A stretch of 64,000 nt of DNA from Azolla caroliniana (taxonomy: Eukaryota > Plantae > Polypodiophyta). Of this stretch, positions 56,739 to 64,000 are shown in pieces. Made by a program: the position numbers and the translations under genes. How positions within the stretch are numbered: position 1 is the stretch's first letter; the number at the start of each line of letters is the position of its first letter. The notes under the pieces are model-generated. The model saw nothing but the letters and a program-made list of their open reading frames with translations. It made no database searches and was not told the DNA's origin. The DNA is taken from the NCBI GenBank assembly GCA_043228905.1, contig JBHGNT010000003.1:21080001-21144000 (forward strand), read 5' to 3'.

Positions 56739-59049
56739 GAGAGAATAGAATTGATGTTTTATTGTCCACGATGATGTCAATGGGACCAAATCAACATATC
56801 GTCTTGTATGTCACTCCTTCCTAAGAAATGGAGTTACAAAGATAGAGGGTGAGGGAGACTTTAGAATTTGGCGATGCCAAATAGATATAGGGAATTCATT
56901 GAGAATCTAGAAATGGTAAGCAAAGAAATGGAGGAACTTGAGAGAGAGAAACTTTTAGTACCTAGAAACTAAGAGAAGAGTGAAGGGAGGGGGAAGACAA
57001 CACCAGGACACAAAATGGTAATTTTGTAATTTCAATACAATTTGTTTTTTCTTAGAATTATTTGTACGTGGATTTCCTCCTGACCTATGTATTGTATTTG
57101 TATCGACAAAATATATGACAATTTGTCATAACAATTTTACTCTTACCTCAACCATGAATGCTTTACACATATCATTGCATTAAAACATATAGGTGGACAC
57201 CATAAGGTGATGGACCATTTGACTGTGACAAGCTCTTATACACGTTCATTCCTTAGTATCACATCCAACTACTTTCTTCATCACATACACCCCTTTTGGG
57301 TTCATGGGATCTATAGGGCAATGAATGGCACACATCTTCTTGCAAGCATTGAAAGGGGCCTGCAAACATTTATTCTACCGCATGTCTTTACACTGCATAT
57401 GAAACAAGAAAAGGAAGTTTAAATTTTGTGATGATAAACACATGTAGATGTATATATACAAGTTCTCGCTGAAACTACCTAGGTTGTATATGCATAAAAG
57501 GGTTAGGTAGCTACCCTTGTGCACTTATTTGTTCATTGTATGGAATGAACCACTTCAAGCATTCGTTGTGATGGTTTGATTGTATTCTCAAACGACAAAC
57601 CCAATCCTCCTTTCTCCCTCTTTATCTATATTAATGTTTTTGTATGATAATATGAAATGGCTTGTGTTGTATGTACACATGACATCATAAGGTTATGTTG
57701 CAATTGCCCGTACATGCAAAACAAAACAAAAAAGGTACATACGTATGGTAACATCTGTAATATATATATATGGTACATATATACGGTAGCATTTGTAAAA
57801 ACATTTATAGTTCAAGGTGTGGCGTAAATGTGTTTTATAACCTAAATGTCTAGTTGTAGTTGTCTCAATTGTTGTTGTTCATGGGTAGAGTCCACCCTCT
57901 CGACACATATAATAATATAAACTTGAAGGTGTAAGTTTATATGTGATTTCACTCGTTGTTCTGTAGATTTCTACATCTCATCAACCTTCTTAACTTCAAA
58001 AGGAGCTTCAATGGTTTCTTAAAGTTATTCTGTTTCAATGTTTTCATTACTTTAAGACGTTAACGACACTTTATGGACATGTGAAATAGATTCTTTCACT
58101 AGGCATCTCCATGCGCCCCAACCAATTAATGCAAGGAGGAAAATGTGTATTCTCATAGTAAAAATACAAATTTCCTAGCCACGTGTCAATTAACGCCAAC
58201 CAACATCAACGTAAATATGCATCGACATAGTTGGTTCTATTAAATGTTATGCAACAAGTGAGGCGATAAAGGAAGAAATATGTGTGCAAGGGATCCAATC
58301 CCTAGCCTTATGTCATAACCTTGTGAAAGGGCAAAACTTTTATACACATTAAAAATGTACATGTATTAAAAAACATACGCCCTTTATATGTATTAAAAAT
58401 TCAAAAAGTATGCTAGCATGTTTTCAGAACTACGCTATAATATATGTGCACTGTGAAGCTGGTCAAGGCATGAAATGAAAAATTAAGCTTAAGGACATAA
58501 TATAGTGTAACCTAAAGCACAACATATACAATTAGACTATGCACTAGCTTAATCACATAATAATCTTGACCAATTTAGTGTCTAACTAAAGTCATTAATG
58601 AACAATTTTTTCTAATAAAGACATAACTCATTTTCTGACATTTAAATTGTCATTAGCGAGACACATTTCCATATTATCATAGTTTTACATGTATTTGTTT
58701 AAGCTATAATTACGTACTTACTATTTATTTTCAAGTGATTCAAAGTTATCCTTGACCAAGCACACACACACATAACATAACATAACTTCAAAAATAACGA
58801 TTCATACTTTCTTATTTTTTATACAAATAGGCGCATTTCAGCTATAATATTCTTTATTGTACTCAATGAGCATATTTTGAATGTGAATAGTCATTGGCTA
58901 TGACAACGAAACCCTCACCTTATAATGAGGTCAATTACATGTGGATATTTCCATCTATTTGTGAATTATATGGCGTACAATATCTATAGAAGTTCCTTGC
59001 ACTCAGTGGACAATGATAATTCTTTCCATGCATTAGGACGATTTTGGAT

Positions 59050-59600
59050 GCCATATTATTTCTAAAAGCAAAACAATCATCAAAACAACTTCACATATTG
59101 TATTGACCCCAACATGTATTTTATAATGATATCATCCTTTATACCCCAAAGTCTTCTTTCAGGAAGACGATCAAATCGATGGGAGAATGCAAAAATTGCC
59201 ACTCTACATGTCACATAAGAAGCTTTAATACAAGAATAAGTTACAACCTCATTTAGAAGTATTGGATATCCTTGATTGTCCATGGAGTTGGCCAATCAAA
59301 TATTGCATCTATCTTCTTTGAGTTCTTAGAGACTCCACTAGTAGAGATGACAAGCCCAAGAAATTGAATTCAAACTTGTTGAGCTTTGCATAGAAGACAT
59401 GTTAACAGAGTTAGAGTAGGACTAGGTGTCTAGACGTACTTTGTGTATCCAATGAGGTCATTGGAATACCCAAATATTTGATAGAGATAAACAACAAGGA
59501 TATAATAGAGGTACTTGTTGCAGATATCATTCATGTATTTTGGAACTTTGTTGGTGCATTTGTGAGATCAAGTTCAAGGTAGCTAATTAAACCACCCATT
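59050..59600 (-). mobile_element. Possible highly degenerate LINE RT fragment
   Basis: Minus-strand fragments YMNDI (YADD-like), FNFLGL (FKYLG-like) and FDRLP occur in the order expected for an RTE-type ORF2. Confidence 0.35.
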
Positions 59601-60603
59601 GTCCAATTACAAGTATTGAATTAAAATTGAAGAAATAGTGTTCCATTGGTAATGGATGTACCACGTGCAAATTGTTGAAAAGGAACTTGGATTTCTAATG
59701 TACCTATTGATGAAGTTGCTTCTATTTGGCCAATAAATCTTTCAAATGCCTACATGTTCTAGATGGATAGACATTAGTAAGATGGGTGACTTCTTCAAAG
59801 CTTTGAGCCACCTACAATTGACCTTAGAGAAGGGTTAAATGGTAAAGCAATTACAAACCAAGCTAAGAGTTGTCTATCCTTTGAACCAAGCATAACAATC
59901 TACAAAAGGAGCAGGTTGGTTGTGCCTATGCTTCCTAGTTGAGATTCCCTAGAAATCAATGTTTAATATTCCATCAAATTTCCTTGGAGTTAGTGGTTAT
60001 TGAGCTGCAAAGGCATGAGTAGGATTGACTATGACCACTTAGTCGTACTTGTTGACTATGCTTTCAAAGAAAGTTGATAGCAATCAACATGCATACCCTA
60101 GCAAATTTATGAAGTTAGTGGTTATCAAGTATCTTGTCAATGATTGATTTATCATACTCATTGTATATGCCTCCAAGGAAAGTTCAGATTCCCTAACAAT
60201 CAATGTTCAATACCCTACCAAATTTACGGAGTTGATGGTTATTGAGTGTCTTGCCAAGAAGACATGAGAAGGGTTGATAATGACCAATTTATCATACTCT
60301 TGATCTTACTCTTCAAATTCTACCATTTAACTCAACTTAATACAAGTATCCTTTGCATGATTTCTCCAATCATTGGTACACATACTTTACAAACCCTTCA
60401 ATATCAATATAAGAACCTTGAAAATATGTTGCTAAAGTAAAAGAGCAAAAATAGTCCCTTCTTCAGCAAGATAGTTACATCCATCTGTTCACTGGTTCTA
60501 AAAAATGTATTTCTATTATTTAGAAACCCTTCAACATATTGGGGTAAGAATCTTGATAATTTTGCATGCTTTAAAATCAAGACAATCTTCATGTTCAAAA
60601 TAA

Positions 60604-62128
60604 CTATGAAGAATGAAAAACAGCCTTGTTTGGATTGGCACATAAATAAGCTCTCACAATCTGTTGATCAAGATCATAATAATATTGCATTTTCCCCAAT
60701 GGCTTCAAGTCCAAATCTACAAAACGAATCTGCATGCATAAAATCAAACAAATTAAAATGAGAGATCTGCAAATAATGACAGGTTATATACATATTTAAG
60801 AAAACTGGGATGGATAGACCATCTAATAGCAAATATGATCACTCTCTAGGGAAAATTCCCAATATTATTATTTCCCCAAGTCACAAGTGTTATTTCCCCA
60901 AACACCCCCAAGTGAACTCAGATTTGCTATTCACACAAAAGTTTATACAGAAAATTCATCCCCTTCTCTCTTTCAAGGGTTGACTCCAGGGGCGTTTGGG
61001 GAAATTGTAAAATTCAGGGGTAGTTGGAGAAATAATGAAAAGTTCGATGGTATTCCAGATTATTTTTCCTTATGAATTATATGAAGAAAATTAAAATTTG
61101 AGTAAGAGATATCAAATATATTATGGAATATTGAAAGTGTACCAAACTTCAAATCGAAGCATTCTCCAGTTGATTAAATATATTACACAAAGATTGAATG
61201 CTGTACCAACCTTCAAATGGAAGCATTCTCCAGTAAGTGACGAGTGAAACATCTTATAATGCTGCTGATTATCAGAACTCATTGTTACCATATCAAGTGA
61301 TCGCTGGAATGTGAGCATAAGACTACAATCCTTTGTTGTGGCAGCAATTAAATAGTCCCTCACAATTTTGATACAATCCATGAGGCTGAGGTTATCCACA
61401 AAAGTTTTTCTATTCTTCATTGTCTCCTCATCCACACTTCCACGCCCATCAGCCACGTCCATCCTATCCCATACATCACCAGGAAAACTGTTTCTAGCCT
61501 CGATCACCTTCTCATCCAAGATTTTTTTATCATCCATGGTATTTCCATTTGAAACATGATCATCTGGAAAAGCTTTCCAGTAGGCACACATCACTCCTTC
61601 TATGTCATATTTGTCAAGCTTCTGGGCTGCCAGTAGATTTTTTAACACATCATTTTCATATAGACTCTGTGAAATGAGAGATTTCAAGACTTTGATCGCA
61701 TCTTCCAGTGTCTCACATGATGGAAAGCAATCCATTAAAGCTTCATTCATCGGTTGTGAGTTTGGAAACTCAATGTTATCAATGATTTTTCCTTCAATAA
61801 AAACACGCAAGTTGTTTTGCGGATTCTCAAACAAATCATTGACAGCTTGGCTTATCCTCTCCAGATTTCCAGAGAATAAGTCTAATGGGGAATACTGGCT
61901 AATCTTCTTTATCTACATAAAAAAAAAGAAGAGTTTGAAAGCATGTATTTCAACTGGTTATTTTTCAATATGAGTTATTTGATTTTTCTTTTTTGAAAAA
62001 TGCATATTTGGAAATACCTGTCCTTTCGAATGTTTCAATGTCTGATGCATTGAAAAGCGAGAAACCTTCTTCTTGATGATGTTTTTGGCTGCGATGAGGT
62101 CTGAATCTGGTAAGAAGCCACATTTCGG
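60604..62128 (-). CDS. IPK1: Inositol-pentakisphosphate 2-kinase, 3' exons only: 62128-62018, 61912-61211, 60729-60604; 5' exons not found in the window
   Basis: PKCGFLP...KKKVSRFSMHQ, SQYSPLDLFSG, PQNNLRVF, LL.AQKLDKYDIEG, DYLIAATTKDCSLM and FVDLDLKP. Phase-0 GT-AG junctions. Confidence 0.92.
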
Positions 62129-62489
62129 CTGGGTGGCATTTAAAACATTTTATGCAATTTCAGGGCATTCTCAAAGTTCTTTGACTTACTCAACAAAAAA
62201 GATCAATGTGGATAAATGTTTTCTTTTTTTACTACTAAATATTCACCTTACTTTATTCAATAATTTTTGACATATGCATAATGACCTTAATTCATTTATT
62301 ATTTTTAAAGGCATGAATAGTTATCTTAATTTATTTGTAAATTCTAAAAGTTAGCATAATGACCTTGATTTCTACTGAAATGCTTGGAGGAGCTTTGTTC
62401 CCAGGCTCTGTAAAACAATTAAGCAATGATAATAGTAAGCACCATCCAAACAAACAGCAAGTAACATACTCTCTCTCTCTCTCTCAAAT

Positions 62490-63005
62490 ACTATATGGCA
62501 AATGTCAATCCTGAATGTTGGTGTCAATATAAAGCAAGAATGCCTATTGATCGTATCCAACCTTATCTCATTACCAATATGAGTAGTAATGCTCGTAGAG
62601 CCCTTACACTACTTTGCACTCGATCTCACAAGTTAGGTATTGAAGTTGCATCATGGTATCAAAATGTAACTAATTTGAAGACATGCAAAGTATGCAATGG
62701 AGGCATGGTAGAGGATGAATGTCACTTGCTCTTCACATGCTTGACATATAGTGCAATTTGTTCAAGATATGCTGACATACTAAGAGGGAGTGATAACTTA
62801 AGTTCCATACTTAAGACACCACCGAGAAGGTTGAGCTGTTGAGCTCATATGTGTATGCTTTATTCACACATAGAGACTTTGTGCTTCAATGTATGAATAC
62901 CCCTTCTTAGGAAGGAGACACATATCAAGAACACATGTATACTCTGGTTCCATAGGTCAAAATTGGCTTCTTTATGGATGATAAAAATTCAAATTCTCTC
63001 TTTCT
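62490..63005 (+). mobile_element. LINE 3' end with a C-terminal zinc finger (RTE-X/L2-like), antisense in an IPK1 intron
   Basis: LCTRSHKLGIEVASW...CKVC...VEDECHLLFTC..Y matches the SHxLxIE...CxxC...EDExH...C pattern of non-L1 LINE C-termini. Bounded by CT-rich tracts. Confidence 0.7.
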
Positions 63006-64000
63006 ACCTGCATAATATAATAGTATATGTATAGAGAGAATAAGCCATATCTATATCTGTGTCTACTAGAAAGAAAGAGTAATGTAACCATTTGGCATAA
63101 CCCAACATGATCAATGAGACCAAGTCATTTTTCCAAATGTATAAAATTGACAAAACTGTATCTCATCATAAATACGCTACACTTTGCAGAAATTAAAAGC
63201 CGAGATTGAGGTGAGTCTTCAATATGTCCCTAACTGAATATTTTAGATCGAAGGGGTTAAAATAATATGACAACCAAGACTCCTAAGAATGGCAATGATG
63301 GTTACTATCATTTTGAGGTTGTGAGGTTCTGGAAGAGGTCCCAAGGTCATGACCTTTTTACACAGAGAGCCAGTCCATGCTCCATTGTCTATTGATGCTG
63401 GAGGGGAAGACATGGGTGGAGTTGTAGTTATGAAGAAGTTAGTGATGGTTCTTTCTGGCTGAATTGATTTGTATCTCTTCTCCTGGAAAGTGTATTCTAT
63501 TGCGGCAGTGCTATCTTTCTCGGATTTTGTAATTTACAATGCAGGAAGTGCTTCTCTATTTCAATCTGTAGACAGCAAATTTAGCAGAGGCAGTCAATTC
63601 ATTCCAGGCATTTATACCTTCTTGTCTCCATATGCAGTTGATGTGACGACGTATGGAAATAATGCTTTATATGTATATGTTGTGCCGAAGGTGAGTGTTC
63701 ATGTGGTTGGGACAGGTGATAAACCCATCTGGTGGCATGTGTAGGAAGTTACTCTGTTAAAGTTTCATCCTGCATGAAGGTGAGTGGTGGGTTCAACCAA
63801 GCTGGTTCGGTATCCAGCTTCACAATGATCATTTGATTACTCAATTCAATTCAGTGCAATGGAGATCCAAAAAGGTTCAGTCAATGATGTATCGGAAGGG
63901 GGGGTTCATGAGTACCTTTGTGTGAGAAGTTCCCATAATCTGCATAAAGCTGATCACTTGAATAGAGGGCTCTACTGACCACTACTAATGTAGTTCCTAG

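Noticed and set aside
63240-64000. Coding-like segment as upstream IPK1 exons or a retroelement
   Set aside because: No IPK1 motifs (GEG, EIK) or clean splice sites, and stops in all frames. It is probably a TE relic but cannot be classified here.

Overview
Eukaryotic, AT-rich land-plant genomic DNA with spliceosomal GT-AG introns and many (GA)n/(CA)n microsatellites. A seed-free vascular plant such as a fern is my inference from protein divergence and repeat types, not proven. Seven protein-coding genes can be reconstructed exon by exon: a KUP/HAK K+ transporter (+), USP39/Sad1 tri-snRNP pseudo-deubiquitinase (-), an ureidoglycolate hydrolase/lyase-family gene (+), V-ATPase subunit C (-), an intronless At5g42350/CFK-like F-box/kelch gene (-), a ZTL/FKF1-type LOV-F-box-kelch photoreceptor (-) and the 3' part of inositol-pentakisphosphate 2-kinase IPK1 (-). 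Introns and intergenic DNA contain a complete non-autonomous hAT element with 8-bp TSD, a solo LTR with 5-bp TSD, L1- and RTE-type LINE relics, a tRNA-derived SINE family and many local tandem duplications. The most unusual item is a ~17-unit, 14-15-aa CxxC (double-zinc-ribbon-like) array inserted in the F-box/kelch protein. Also notable are a SINE with two convergent tRNA-like promoters, donor-dead tandem copies of a VHA-C exon end, candidate alternative first exons in KUP, and FKF1-like photocycle residues plus an evening element at the ZTL-like gene. All exon coordinates were read by hand from the sequence; no database search was run.
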